IMG/VR virus record: IMGVR_UViG_3300033144_001700
Location: 270-64,269 of that record
DNA: 64,000 bases
Reading direction: 5' to 3' (one strand)
Source: a virus
Lineage: Duplodnaviria; Caudoviricetes
Shown: in pieces, positions 48,471 to 58,305 of the stretch
Layout: every line of letters begins with the position of its first letter
How positions within the stretch are numbered: the stretch's first letter is position 1
Made by a program: the position numbers and the translations under genes
Notes under the pieces: model-generated
Told to the model about the DNA's origin: nothing
The model's input: the letters and a program-made list of their open reading frames with translations, nothing else
Databases searched by the model: none

Positions 48471-48475
48471 GCAAC

Positions 48476-48504
48476 GGTATAGCAAACGGCCCTTGCTTTC
48501 GCAA
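48476..48504 (-). promoter_or_regulatory. Putative class-II promoter TTGCGA-N17-TATACC (leaderless)
   Basis: GTG start 5 nt after the -10 box, no RBS. Confidence 0.55.
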
Positions 48505-48535
48505 GAGCCGTCGCGGTAAGGGTGGAGCCTAAAAT

Positions 48536-49108
48536 TCAGTCGTATGATACATCGATCCATGATGCGTCGCGCATCCCGCGCGGGAGATCGCGAACGTCCT
48601 CGTCCTCGTCCTCGAACTCGTCGTCCAGCGCCTCGATAGCGGCGGCGGTCGAGTCGAGCGCCTTGTTCACGTTGGCCTTCTGCTCTTCAGTGAGAGGCCG
48701 GACGCGCCAGTCGCCGGACTGAACGATGTCGTTGTAGTCGATCGACCTCGGCGAATTCCAGAGGTAGATTTCTGCCCGTACGATCTCGTCGCTGTCTTCG
48801 GGCCTGATCTCGACGTTGCGCCTGATGTACATCGAGTCCTTCGGTGCGTCTGGATTGAAACCTTCCAGCCTGTCCAGATCGCGTAGTCCGTTGGCGTCCA
48901 CTTCGTAAAGCTCGCCGTGGACGATACCCTCTTGGCTCGTGACCACTGCCGGGAACGCGCCGAGAGAGACCATCAAGCCGCCAACGAATCTGTAGTCGCC
49001 CACCAGGTGAGCGCCGTTGCGGGTCAGGATGTCGTGGTTGCCGAAGCCTTCCATCAGCGAACCGTAAACGAATACGAGAGTTGCGTTTGTTGCGTTTGCC
49101 TGTGTCAT
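48536..49108 (-). CDS. Gamma-glutamylcyclotransferase (AIG2-like) family protein
   Basis: VFVYGSLM, FPAV, VHGELYEV, LDRLEG, SGDW. Confidence 0.88.
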   Translation of the reverse strand: MTQANATNATLVFVYGSLMEGFGNHDILTRNGAHLVGDYRFVGGLMVSLGAFPAVVTSQEGIVHGELYEVDANGLRDLDRLEGFNPDAPKDSMYIRRNVEIRPEDSDEIVRAEIYLWNSPRSIDYNDIVQSGDWRVRPLTEEQKANVNKALDSTAAAIEALDDEFEDEDEDVRDLPRGMRDASWIDVSYD

Positions 49109-49126
49109 TTCCTAGCTCCTTCTTAC

Positions 49127-49444
49127 CTAGTTCCGGTTGATCTTGTTGATGCAGCGGGTGCAGGTGACTTCGTTGTTGTCGTCGGTGAGGTTGTGGTGAG
49201 TGTTGTTCCATGCGCGGGTGTTGTGGCCGCAGTAGGCGTAGTCGCGTCCTTCACCCTTGCCGAAGGTGGCGATCTTGTGAATCTTGACGCCGGGTGTGGC
49301 GGCGGTGGCGGGAGTGGCGGCGGTCTTGCACTCTTTGCAGGTCTTGTAGCTGTCGAATGACCATGCAGGGTTCGTGCAGTTTGTGTTCTGGCAAGTCGGC
49401 ATATCGGTGGCTCCTGCGGTTGTGGTGGCCTGTGTGTTCTTCAT
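49127..49444 (-). CDS. Cys-rich early protein (MKNT..., near-leaderless)
   Basis: ATG 8 nt after the -10 box; C-x4-C, CKEC, YCGH, CTRC. Confidence 0.65.
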   Translation of the reverse strand: MKNTQATTTAGATDMPTCQNTNCTNPAWSFDSYKTCKECKTAATPATAATPGVKIHKIATFGKGEGRDYAYCGHNTRAWNNTHHNLTDDNNEVTCTRCINKINRN

Positions 49445-49452
49445 CTGATGTA

Positions 49453-49482
49453 AGAATACACCTAGAGCTTAGAGTATGTCAA
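49453..49482 (-). promoter_or_regulatory. Sigma70-like promoter TTGACA-N18-TATTCT
   Basis: 24/25 nt identical to the promoter at 49775-49799. Confidence 0.78.
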
Positions 49483-49486
49483 GCGT

Positions 49487-49618
49487 TTACCGAACCGCCC
49501 TCGCGAGAGCGATCTGCTCACGCGCGAGTGCCGCGTGGCAAGCGCCGTGATTGCAGGACTCGCAAGGAACGAGATCGGCTTGGTTGCTGTCGCCTGCGTC
49601 GGTGTTCTCGTTATCCAT
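49487..49618 (-). CDS. 43-aa protein MDNENTD...CESCNHGACH
   Basis: AAGGAGCTAGGAAAA-ATG start; below the ORF-track cutoff. Confidence 0.6.
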   Translation of the reverse strand: MDNENTDAGDSNQADLVPCESCNHGACHAALAREQIALARAVR

Positions 49619-49622
49619 TTTC

Positions 49623-49736
49623 CTAGCTCCTTGTGTTGAGGTTGAAGAACTTGCGGATCATGTTGACGATGGTGCTGTCGCCGTAGGTGCGGTGGAAATC
49701 TGTCTGGCTTAGTTCTTGCATCCTCGCGTTTGTCAT
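49623..49736 (-). CDS. 37-aa protein MTNARMQEL...FNLNTRS
   Basis: AAGGAGCTAGGAA-ATG start; its TAG stop lies inside the next copy of the motif. Confidence 0.6.
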   Translation of the reverse strand: MTNARMQELSQTDFHRTYGDSTIVNMIRKFFNLNTRS

Positions 49737-49766
49737 TTCCTAGCTCCTTACCTCTTACCTGATGCA

Positions 49767-49796
49767 ATTATGCGCCTAGAGCTTAGGGTATGTCAA
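49767..49796 (-). promoter_or_regulatory. Sigma70-like promoter TTGACA-N18-CATAAT with TCAGGTAAGAG leader
   Basis: Read directly. Confidence 0.8.
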
Positions 49797-49815
49797 GCGC
49801 TCTGAGCGCAGAGGA

Positions 49816-50061
49816 TCAACCCCTGCGCTCAAAGTAATCTCGCATCTCTCGCGGGATGTGGATCGAGCGGAAGATCATCCGCCACTTCATCCGGTGGTAC
49901 TGCTTGATACCGCGCTCGCTGTGGCGCTCCCGATCGATGCTCGACTCGTAAGACTCGTGAGGATGTGACTTGCCTCTGTGGTCGTTCTCAGGGCGGGAGT
50001 CGTCCCATCTGATCTTCAACCAATGATCACTGTTCACGATCTCCGGAATGTACTTGAACAT
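49816..50061 (-). CDS. Basic 81-aa protein downstream of the hairpin array
   Basis: Strong AAGGAAAGGAG RBS before MFKYIPEIV. Confidence 0.6.
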   Translation of the reverse strand: MFKYIPEIVNSDHWLKIRWDDSRPENDHRGKSHPHESYESSIDRERHSERGIKQYHRMKWRMIFRSIHIPREMRDYFERRG

Positions 50062-50079
50062 CGGACGGCTCCTTTCCTT

Positions 50080-50545
50080 TGACCCAGGCGCTCCAGGTTG
50101 ATCGCATCTTGAAGAGGTCACCATCTGCGCCGCGATGTTCCCGCAGTAGCGAACTGGCGCTGCGCTTTCTCGTCGCACATGGATGGTTGGCACTGGCCAG
50201 AGCATCACTGGTGTGAGGATGGCGACCTCTTCGAGATGGTCGAGAGACTGACGAATCTGGCAAGGGCGGTCTGCATACTTTGGCTCCGCCTCTCTTGCAG
50301 CTATTCAAACCAGCGCTTGCGCGCCTGAGACAGCGGCTTCTCGTGATCTGCGAGTAGCAATATCTTGGTGGCAGGGAGCTACCCTCGCCAGATTCGTTGG
50401 TCTCTCGACCGGGTAGTGAAGGGGCCGTACTCTCTCCGTTGTACACGGCGCGAAACTTGCGGCCCCTTCACTGGTGGCTGAAGTTTTCGGTGGTGCATCG
50501 GTCTGGCTTTGTCGGCCTCGCCTCGTCCTCTTACTTGCTTCAACC
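50080..50545 (-). ncRNA. Candidate large structured non-coding RNA/leader (three back-to-back long hairpins)
   Basis: Stems 50105-50125/50218-50238, 50238-50269/50379-50410 and 50415-50427/50460-50472; own promoter upstream; no credible ORF; family unknown. Confidence 0.65.
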
Positions 50546-50551
50546 TCGACA

Positions 50552-50581
50552 ACCTTACTCCCTAGAGCACAACCATGTCAA
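50552..50581 (-). promoter_or_regulatory. Sigma70-like promoter TTGACA-N18-TAAGGT
   Basis: Spacer carries GCTCTAGG as in the promoters at 49453 and 49767; GTAAGAGG downstream. Confidence 0.68.
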
Positions 50582-50590
50582 CCCCAACGC

Positions 50591-50636
50591 AAAAGAGCGA
50601 CACCGCTCCACGTTTCACAATCAAACGGTGCCGCTC
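50591..50636 (-). terminator. Rho-independent terminator after the DUF932-like gene
   Basis: GAGCGGCACCG/CGGTGTCGCTC stem followed by TTTT on the minus strand. Confidence 0.7.
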
Positions 50637-50654
50637 ACTTGCTCTACAAATCGT

Positions 50655-51758
50655 CTAGGCGATAACCCTGTGGCAGTTGGTGCAGACTTCGGGATGGCTA
50701 GCGACCTGTCCGCCGATGCGCATCAGCTTACGAGCCAACGTCGGATCGGCTTCGTTCTCACCGCCGTCTCCGACAACATCGGGATGGTTCGACGCAACCC
50801 AGGTCACAGCGTTCAGCACGTCGTAGAGCGTCCGTGCGCCAACGTCCACGACGCGCTCCGTAACCAGTTCTCGGATGTTGACCGGCACACTGAACTCGCT
50901 GTACACACCTTGCAGTGCGTCGCTCATGTGGCCATCGAAGTTGATCGAAGCCAACCGCCCTTGACGTTCGATCTCTTCATCACCGGCATCGAGCGCCGCC
51001 TTCAGAGCATCGAACATCCAGTCGTCGGAACCGTCGTCGGAACCGTCGCGGTTCGCGGCCTGACGGAAGATCGACTCGGCACTGATCATCCCGTTGGTGC
51101 AGAGCATCGTGTGAACGTAGGTGCTGAACGTCAGCGGGTGAGCTTGTGCGTGGCTGTACTCGATCGTCACTCCGGTGCGCACAGCTTCGCGCATCGAAAC
51201 GTGACCGCCGCGCTTCGCTGCGCGCTCGATCACTTCCTTGTCTTCGTGCGTCACGATCGACAAAGTTGTGTCGTACATCGTGTGGCTGACGTGATGAGCC
51301 GACAGGTCGGCCTCGCTGCCGCCTGTGTACTCGATCGTCTTGTCAAGGATGCGGCCCATCGGAATCAAGTCGAGCTTCGACCGGCTGAAGATTTCGATCT
51401 GGTCATCGATCGCGGCCATCCCGATCATCTGGATTCCTCGGTTGGCGATCCAGTGATTCATGTGCGGGATCATCAGTTCGTGCGGCGTCCTCTGCACGTA
51501 GGCTTTCGGGATTCCAAGGAACGATCCCGCCGCCAGGTACGCGTCCCTCGACACAAGCCACTCGCCTATGCCTTCGCGACGTTGGCTGCGCTTGTCCCGC
51601 GCCTTGCGCTCGAACGTCATCAGCCCGTCAGCGTCCAGTTGGAACCGGCTCGTCACCTTCTCTTCGGTCGGAGAGAAGTTGATGATCGTCGCGTTCTCGG
51701 CGCGGTCGATCCGTTCCCGCACTTCGGGAATCGTCATCGTCTTTGTCATCGTTGTCAT
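50655..51758 (-). CDS. DUF932/DUF945-like protein
   Basis: HTMLCTNGMI and TLYDVLNAVT motifs; AAAGGAG RBS. Confidence 0.65.
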   Translation of the reverse strand: MTTMTKTMTIPEVRERIDRAENATIINFSPTEEKVTSRFQLDADGLMTFERKARDKRSQRREGIGEWLVSRDAYLAAGSFLGIPKAYVQRTPHELMIPHMNHWIANRGIQMIGMAAIDDQIEIFSRSKLDLIPMGRILDKTIEYTGGSEADLSAHHVSHTMYDTTLSIVTHEDKEVIERAAKRGGHVSMREAVRTGVTIEYSHAQAHPLTFSTYVHTMLCTNGMISAESIFRQAANRDGSDDGSDDWMFDALKAALDAGDEEIERQGRLASINFDGHMSDALQGVYSEFSVPVNIRELVTERVVDVGARTLYDVLNAVTWVASNHPDVVGDGGENEADPTLARKLMRIGGQVASHPEVCTNCHRVIA

Positions 51759-52162
51759 TAAGCGTCTCCTTTCGATGACTCTTCGTCGTTGTCCTTCTGT
51801 AATGGTATGGCGATCCGCTCTCCTATCCGCAAGATGCGGCCCACAGGACACGCCACATCGTGATCGAGCGCGAAACACTTTGGATTGCCGCAAAGAACTT
51901 CGTCATCCATCTTGTCCAAGTCTTGAATCGCTAAGCGAAGTTCGGCGTACTCCATCCTGAACGCGACGACGTACTGCAACGCGTCGCCTAGTTCTTGCTG
52001 CAAATCAAGGAGATGATCGCGACCGTCGAACGTCATCAGAGTTTGACCGTACCGCTCGATCCCGATCGCCTGTCGCGACTCGATAAACTCAACGACCTTG
52101 CTCGTCACATCGGCACTGATATCGTCAGTGTCCGGCCTCTTCTGTTCGTCAGCTTCATTCAT
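51758..52162 (-). CDS. Putative MazG-like nucleotide pyrophosphohydrolase
   Basis: GIERYGQTL...LQQELGDALQY helical motif. Confidence 0.5.
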   Translation of the reverse strand: MNEADEQKRPDTDDISADVTSKVVEFIESRQAIGIERYGQTLMTFDGRDHLLDLQQELGDALQYVVAFRMEYAELRLAIQDLDKMDDEVLCGNPKCFALDHDVACPVGRILRIGERIAIPLQKDNDEESSKGDA

Positions 52163-53301
52163 TCTGATTCTCCTTCCAGGTTAGCCGGTGCGAACGCTAG
52201 CTCGGTCGGCGTCGGCGTCTTCTCGCGTATCTTCTGAGGCTTCGTCTCCGGCTCTGAGCTTGGATTCTGAGCGAGCGCATCCATCACCGCATCTCTGAGT
52301 ATCCGGTACTTGTCGCCGTTCTCTGACAGCCATCTCAGCAGCGCCTCTAATCCGTTCTGCTTCTTGGCATTTCGGAACGGTAGCACGTAGAAGTTGCCGG
52401 ACTTCTTAACGATGCCCCTACCTTCGGCGATCTCGACAATAGTCTGCGGCTCGAACAACCCGAACTTATCTCGGATGTAGAAGGTGCCTTCCCTGAACGG
52501 CGCACCAGTCTTGTTCTTCACCACCTTTGCCAGAATCTTCACCGCGACCGGCCCGTCAACCAGGCCACCTGTAATCCGATCCTCGATCTTACCGGCAAAG
52601 GATTTGATCGTGATCAACTCGACACGAACGCTAGCGTAAAACTTCAACGCAGTGCCGCCAGGTGTCGTCTTGCGCGCCATCTTGCCGAACGTTGCCAGCG
52701 GTACACGGACGTGGTTGAGGAAGATCATCACGACTCCGCTCGCGCTGATCTTCTTGGTCAGTCGCCGGAGAACCTTCGACATCGCTCGCGCCTGTTCCGC
52801 GATGGTGCTGTCTTCGATCTCACCTTCGATCTCTTTCTTGGTCGGCATCGACGCCAGCGAGTCGCAGATGATCAAATCGACAGTATCCGATTCGATGAAC
52901 TCTTCGGCGATCGTCATCCCTTCTTCTAACGTAGTTGGCTGCGCCAACTGGAATCGGTCGGCGCTCAAATCGACTCCGTGCAAGCCAGCGTAGTACGGAT
53001 CGAAACTGTTCTCGAAATCCAAGTACAACACGCTGCCGTTGTTGTCTAGCTGCGCCTGATGCGCGCACGCCAGGGCGAGCGAAGATTTGCCGCTCGACGG
53101 GTTGCCGTACAGTTCAACGATCCGTCCACGCGGGAAGCCGCCACAGCCGATCGCCAAATCCAGCAGGATCGCACCGGTACTGATCGCGTCGATCTGCTGT
53201 TCATCGATCACGCTCTGATCGAGCGAAACCAGCGCACCGATCCCGTGCTTTTTAACGACCGCCGCCGCCGCAGATTTGAACGTAGGTTTACGAGCCGCCA
53301 T
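52159..53301 (-). CDS. recA: RecA recombinase
   Basis: ISTGAILLDLAIG.GGFPRGRIVELYGNPSSGKS, QARAMS, TTPGGTALKFYASVR, VVKNK. Confidence 0.96.
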   Translation of the reverse strand: MAARKPTFKSAAAAVVKKHGIGALVSLDQSVIDEQQIDAISTGAILLDLAIGCGGFPRGRIVELYGNPSSGKSSLALACAHQAQLDNNGSVLYLDFENSFDPYYAGLHGVDLSADRFQLAQPTTLEEGMTIAEEFIESDTVDLIICDSLASMPTKKEIEGEIEDSTIAEQARAMSKVLRRLTKKISASGVVMIFLNHVRVPLATFGKMARKTTPGGTALKFYASVRVELITIKSFAGKIEDRITGGLVDGPVAVKILAKVVKNKTGAPFREGTFYIRDKFGLFEPQTIVEIAEGRGIVKKSGNFYVLPFRNAKKQNGLEALLRWLSENGDKYRILRDAVMDALAQNPSSEPETKPQKIREKTPTPTELAFAPANLEGESE

Positions 53302-53689
53302 TGTTGACCTTCTTCTTTGCGTACTCGATCAGAGTTACGCCTGTTATCTCTTCAATTCGTGGTGTCCATCTCACAGCCTTGCCGCCGCGCTTCACCTTCA
53401 GCTTGCGCCATCCCCACAACTCTATCTTGCCGCCAGCCTTCAGCCACGCCCAGGCCGCGCTCCTACACTCGCCCAAGATTTTGTGGCGGTGTTGACTGAA
53501 CGCCGTGCCACAACTCTGAACACCGAGTATGTCGTTGTCGCGAATCGCGATGATGTCGAGAAACCCGAACAGGTCTCGTCGGACACCGCCAGCGGGATGC
53601 CGTGGGTTGAGTATCCATCGCTCGCAGATATCCGTCAGGTATCCTTTATCTTGTAATCCTTTAAGCGTCCGTTGCGTGTGCTTTGACAT
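53288..53689 (-). CDS. Putative Holliday junction resolvase-like PD-(D/E)xK nuclease
   Basis: RRDLFGFLDIIA...LGVQ, IELWGWRK; lies between SSB and recA. Confidence 0.55.
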   Translation of the reverse strand: MSKHTQRTLKGLQDKGYLTDICERWILNPRHPAGGVRRDLFGFLDIIAIRDNDILGVQSCGTAFSQHRHKILGECRSAAWAWLKAGGKIELWGWRKLKVKRGGKAVRWTPRIEEITGVTLIEYAKKKVNNGGS

Positions 53690-53700
53690 TACACAGCAAC

Positions 53701-53723
53701 GGCGCACCCGTTACAGGTGCGCC
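53701..53723. terminator. Hairpin after the SSB gene
   Basis: GGCGCACC/GGTGCGCC stem in the intergenic gap. Confidence 0.45.
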
Positions 53724-53746
53724 GCCATCTGATTCTCCTTCCGCTC

Positions 53747-54934
<1,188 letters not shown>

Positions 54935-54954
54935 GTTCACTCTCCTTCTACTGC

Positions 54955-54983
54955 GGTATGGTGCGATCGGTTGATCGGCGCTA
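54955..54983 (-). promoter_or_regulatory. Putative class-II promoter (AAC)TAGCGC-N17-CATACC
   Basis: Matches the site at 62480-62508 in both boxes and spacing. Confidence 0.62.
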
Positions 54984-54984
54984 G

Positions 54985-55479
54985 TTACTCTAACTCACTC
55001 ATGCGTTGACCAACCTGAAGTGTCTGGATGATCTGGCCAACGGCCCATCGACGGTCAGCAAAAGCGCGCGCCTGTACCGCGATTGCTTTGACAGTCTCTT
55101 CGATCTGAACAAACAAAATTTGCTGCCCATGCAAGATGATCGCGGCGTCAACGACACGCGTCCGGCAAATCGCTGCGCGCTCTTCCCAAGACATCTGTTG
55201 ACCCAGGCGCGCCACGCCCTCGACCACAGCATCGAATCCGTTTTGGTACGTGAACTGATCCTGAGTGAACAACGCTTTCGCTAGCCCAAAGAACTTCAGC
55301 GCTTCGGCGTGCTGACCTGACGCCACCATCGCATCGGATGCGCAGCGTGTCGCGTACTCTGCTAGTTCCTCAACTCCTTTCCGTGAATAACTCGGCACGC
55401 CTGTGTCAGCGTTCATCCTGTCCGCCAGGGACGCGCTCATCTCGTTCAAGCTCTCGGCGATCTCTGCTAGTTTTGCCAT
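54985..55479 (-). CDS. Helical protein, possible recombination mediator
   Basis: AAGGAG RBS; coiled-coil character; between polymerase and SSB. Confidence 0.55.
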   Translation of the reverse strand: MAKLAEIAESLNEMSASLADRMNADTGVPSYSRKGVEELAEYATRCASDAMVASGQHAEALKFFGLAKALFTQDQFTYQNGFDAVVEGVARLGQQMSWEERAAICRTRVVDAAIILHGQQILFVQIEETVKAIAVQARAFADRRWAVGQIIQTLQVGQRMSELE

Positions 55480-55490
55480 CTCGACTCCTT

Positions 55491-57761
55491 CTACGCCTTC
55501 GTCAGTTGACGTGCTACTGATGCCGCGATCTCGCCGCTGGCTTTCACGACCACGTTTTCGATCTCGTGACTCAACAACTCTTCAAGCTCCGGCACTCCCA
55601 AAGATGTCGCGTGTTTCTTCATCGCGTGTCCACCGACAGTGACAACGTTCAACCCAGGGTAGCTCGCCAGTATCCGTTTGATCATCTTCGCGATCAACGC
55701 TGTCGGCTCGGTGTCGCCTAGATCGATCTCGATCTTGATGCCGGTCGTCGCCTTCGCTTCCTCGGTCAACGCTAATTGCTCTTCGCCTTCGACTGGCGGC
55801 TCGCCCATCTTCTCGATCAACTCTTGGCGTTCCTTCCACAAGTTATAGCGCCATTTCTTGCCGTACTTCTTGTTCGGCTCGTACGCCTTCAGAGTTGCCC
55901 AACTGATCCCGATCTCGGCATCGACCTTGATCCTCGGCAGTCCTTCGATCTCCATCGACATCGCTTCCGTGATGATCGGTATGATGTCCTGCGGCTTCAC
56001 CGACTTGTGAATTTCCCACGTCTGGCTGTCGTGCGTCTGAAGGATCAGCTTCGCCAGGTCTTCCGGCCACAGTGCGGATACGGCGAGCGGCGTCTTGACC
56101 AATCCTGTCTTGTGGTAATCCGCCGCCGTGCCTTGCACGATCCGGTTGACACTGGCGCGCTCGGCCTTCGACGCTGCACCCTTGCCACGCATAAAGAACT
56201 CCGGCACGACTTGCCATCTGCCAAAGTGCGTCACTACTTTCTTGATGACGCGTGCGCGGTCGCGCGTGCGCTGACTCCACTGTTGCATCTTCGGTCGCGC
56301 TGTGTAGAACGCCGCCAGGTCGCGCTCGGCTTCGGCTTCGCTGGTCTCGTTCCGCGTCGCCAGCAGCTTCGCGCCGCCGCCGTACAGCAGCAAGTAATTC
56401 CACGTCTTCGCTTTGCGCCGGAGCGTCGGCGTCACGTCATCGTAATCAACGTGCGCCACTTCACTCGCCGTCTGTTTGTGAACGTCAAGGCCAGCGAGAT
56501 AATCCCTGACGATCTTGTCTTCACCGGACAGCGCCGCCATGATGATGTACTCGATCTGAGCGTAGTCGAACTCGATCAAATAGTAATCGTCCTCGGCGAC
56601 CACGACATCGCGTGGCTTGACTTGAATCTTGTAAGTCGATCCGTCCAGCCGGATGATCTTCCATTCCTTCATCTTCGACACGTTCTGCATATTCGGTTCG
56701 CTCGAAGAGAACCGACCGGTAGTCGCGCCGGTCTGGTTGTAGTTGGTGTGGACTCTGCCGGTGTGCGGGTTGACGTTCTTGATGATGTCGCCAGCCATCT
56801 TGCTCAGGTTGCTCGTCATCGATCGATACATCGCCACGTTGTGACAGACTGGATATTCGTCGGCCAATTTTTCCAGAACGTCCTTGCCAGTGCTCGGCTC
56901 CTTGGTCGTCGGCGATCGCGCCAGCACCGGGAGTCCCATCCGATTGAAGAGCACGTCCGCCAACTGTAAAGGCGATCCGATGTTGAACTCGACGCGCTCT
57001 TCCAACGCCTGTTCGATCTGATCGTAGATGATCTCCTTGACCTTCTCAGCCTCAGTCTTCACGTAGTTGATCAGTCGCGCCAGGTAATCGGGATCGACCT
57101 TCGCGCCGTACCCTTCGATCCTCTGAACCACCGGCCACAGCTTTTGCTCTAGTCGATGCACGTATCCGTTGTGCGGTGTCGCCTTCGCTCGCGATGCAAA
57201 TTTGTTGTGGACTCTCAGCGCGAAGTCAGCATCTTCGCCAGCGTAATCAGTAGCCTCTTCGATCAGGATCGTGGCGAAATTCCTGTCAGCCTCTTTCATC
57301 CTCGGTGGGAACAACTCAGAGAACGTCGTCATCCGATACTGAAACACAGCCATGACGATCGCGTCGAGACTGAACCGCTCGAAGCCTTCGCCAACAACGT
57401 AGACTTCGAGCATCGCATCGATCACGGTTTTGGGTCTGACCTTTAATCCAGCGGCGATCATAAACCGCGTATCAAACTTGGCGTTGTACATCACCAAGAT
57501 TTTGTTGCTTTCGATGATCGGCCTCAACGCTTCGATCACCAACGCCGCGTCTAAGTTCTTGCCCTTGTCATGCGCGACCGGAACGTACCAGGCCTCGCGC
57601 TCGTGAACGCTGATCGCCCAACCAACGATGAAGTCGCGGTCAGCGTCGAAGCCGCTAGTTTCCAAGTCTATCGCGATCGTGTCAGCTTGACGCAACTGGC
57701 GCATCATCACGCGCAGTTTCTTCTTGGTGTCTACGGTTCGGTATCTAGCTCCGGTCGTCAA
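55491..57761 (-). CDS. polA: Family A DNA polymerase (3'-5' exonuclease + polymerase, no 5' nuclease)
   Basis: IDLETSG, YNAKFD, YAGEDA; TGRFSSSEPNMQN, FDYAQIE, RRKAKTWNYLLLYG, QGTAAD, QTHDS. Confidence 0.95.
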   Translation of the reverse strand: MTTGARYRTVDTKKKLRVMMRQLRQADTIAIDLETSGFDADRDFIVGWAISVHEREAWYVPVAHDKGKNLDAALVIEALRPIIESNKILVMYNAKFDTRFMIAAGLKVRPKTVIDAMLEVYVVGEGFERFSLDAIVMAVFQYRMTTFSELFPPRMKEADRNFATILIEEATDYAGEDADFALRVHNKFASRAKATPHNGYVHRLEQKLWPVVQRIEGYGAKVDPDYLARLINYVKTEAEKVKEIIYDQIEQALEERVEFNIGSPLQLADVLFNRMGLPVLARSPTTKEPSTGKDVLEKLADEYPVCHNVAMYRSMTSNLSKMAGDIIKNVNPHTGRVHTNYNQTGATTGRFSSSEPNMQNVSKMKEWKIIRLDGSTYKIQVKPRDVVVAEDDYYLIEFDYAQIEYIIMAALSGEDKIVRDYLAGLDVHKQTASEVAHVDYDDVTPTLRRKAKTWNYLLLYGGGAKLLATRNETSEAEAERDLAAFYTARPKMQQWSQRTRDRARVIKKVVTHFGRWQVVPEFFMRGKGAASKAERASVNRIVQGTAADYHKTGLVKTPLAVSALWPEDLAKLILQTHDSQTWEIHKSVKPQDIIPIITEAMSMEIEGLPRIKVDAEIGISWATLKAYEPNKKYGKKWRYNLWKERQELIEKMGEPPVEGEEQLALTEEAKATTGIKIEIDLGDTEPTALIAKMIKRILASYPGLNVVTVGGHAMKKHATSLGVPELEELLSHEIENVVVKASGEIAASVARQLTKA

Positions 57762-58305
57762 GTCGCGCTGGCTCCGGTGCTCTGCCTTGGTTCTGGTAGT
57801 GACTCCCTAGGTCGCGATGGCCGTACGGTTTCGCTGGCGGTTTGATCGTCTCGAAACTGATCTGCGCGATCCGCATCCCAACATCAAGGATGATCGGACG
57901 TGGTGACAGGTTGAACATTTCCAGCGTAAGCCAGCCAACAAAACCGGGATCGACGTAACCGGCAGTTGCGTGGACGATCAAGCCTAGCCGACCGATCGAT
58001 GACTTACCTTCCAACCTTCCAACCAAATCGGTCGGCATCGTGATTCGCTCGCGCGTCGCGGCCAGGACAAACTCCATCGGGCGGATCGTGTACTGCTTGT
58101 CCGCCACGCACGTTGACCCAAGTTCGTGCGACGGCGGTCTGTCAGCCAGCACGATCGGCGTGTCCAAATTGTAGTGCATCCAGAACTCGTCGCCTAACGT
58201 CACGTCGTAGCTCGACGGCTGCAAGTTCGCCGCTTTGTAAGGATCAATGATCTGTTGATCAATCACGCGGTGAAATATCTGTTCGTCGTTAAGTATCATT
58301 CCCAC
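57745..58305 (-). CDS. dcd: dCTP deaminase
   Basis: LQPSSYDVTL, EGKSSIGRLGL, AGYVDPGF.G.LTLE, YQNQ. Confidence 0.93.
   Translation of the reverse strand: MGMILNDEQIFHRVIDQQIIDPYKAANLQPSSYDVTLGDEFWMHYNLDTPIVLADRPPSHELGSTCVADKQYTIRPMEFVLAATRERITMPTDLVGRLEGKSSIGRLGLIVHATAGYVDPGFVGWLTLEMFNLSPRPIILDVGMRIAQISFETIKPPAKPYGHRDLGSHYQNQGRAPEPARLDDRS

Noticed and set aside
50105-50472. Hairpins as tRNAs, CRISPR repeats or integron attC sites
   Set aside because: No cloverleaf or TTCGA T-loop context, no identical direct repeats, and no RYYYAAC/GTTRRRY ends or integrase
50397-51761. 454-aa plus-strand ORF (also 55776..56969, 14799..15686, 6810..7679 and other long plus-strand ORFs)
   Set aside because: Antisense shadows of well-supported minus-strand genes in GC-rich, codon-biased DNA; no RBS or recognisable motifs
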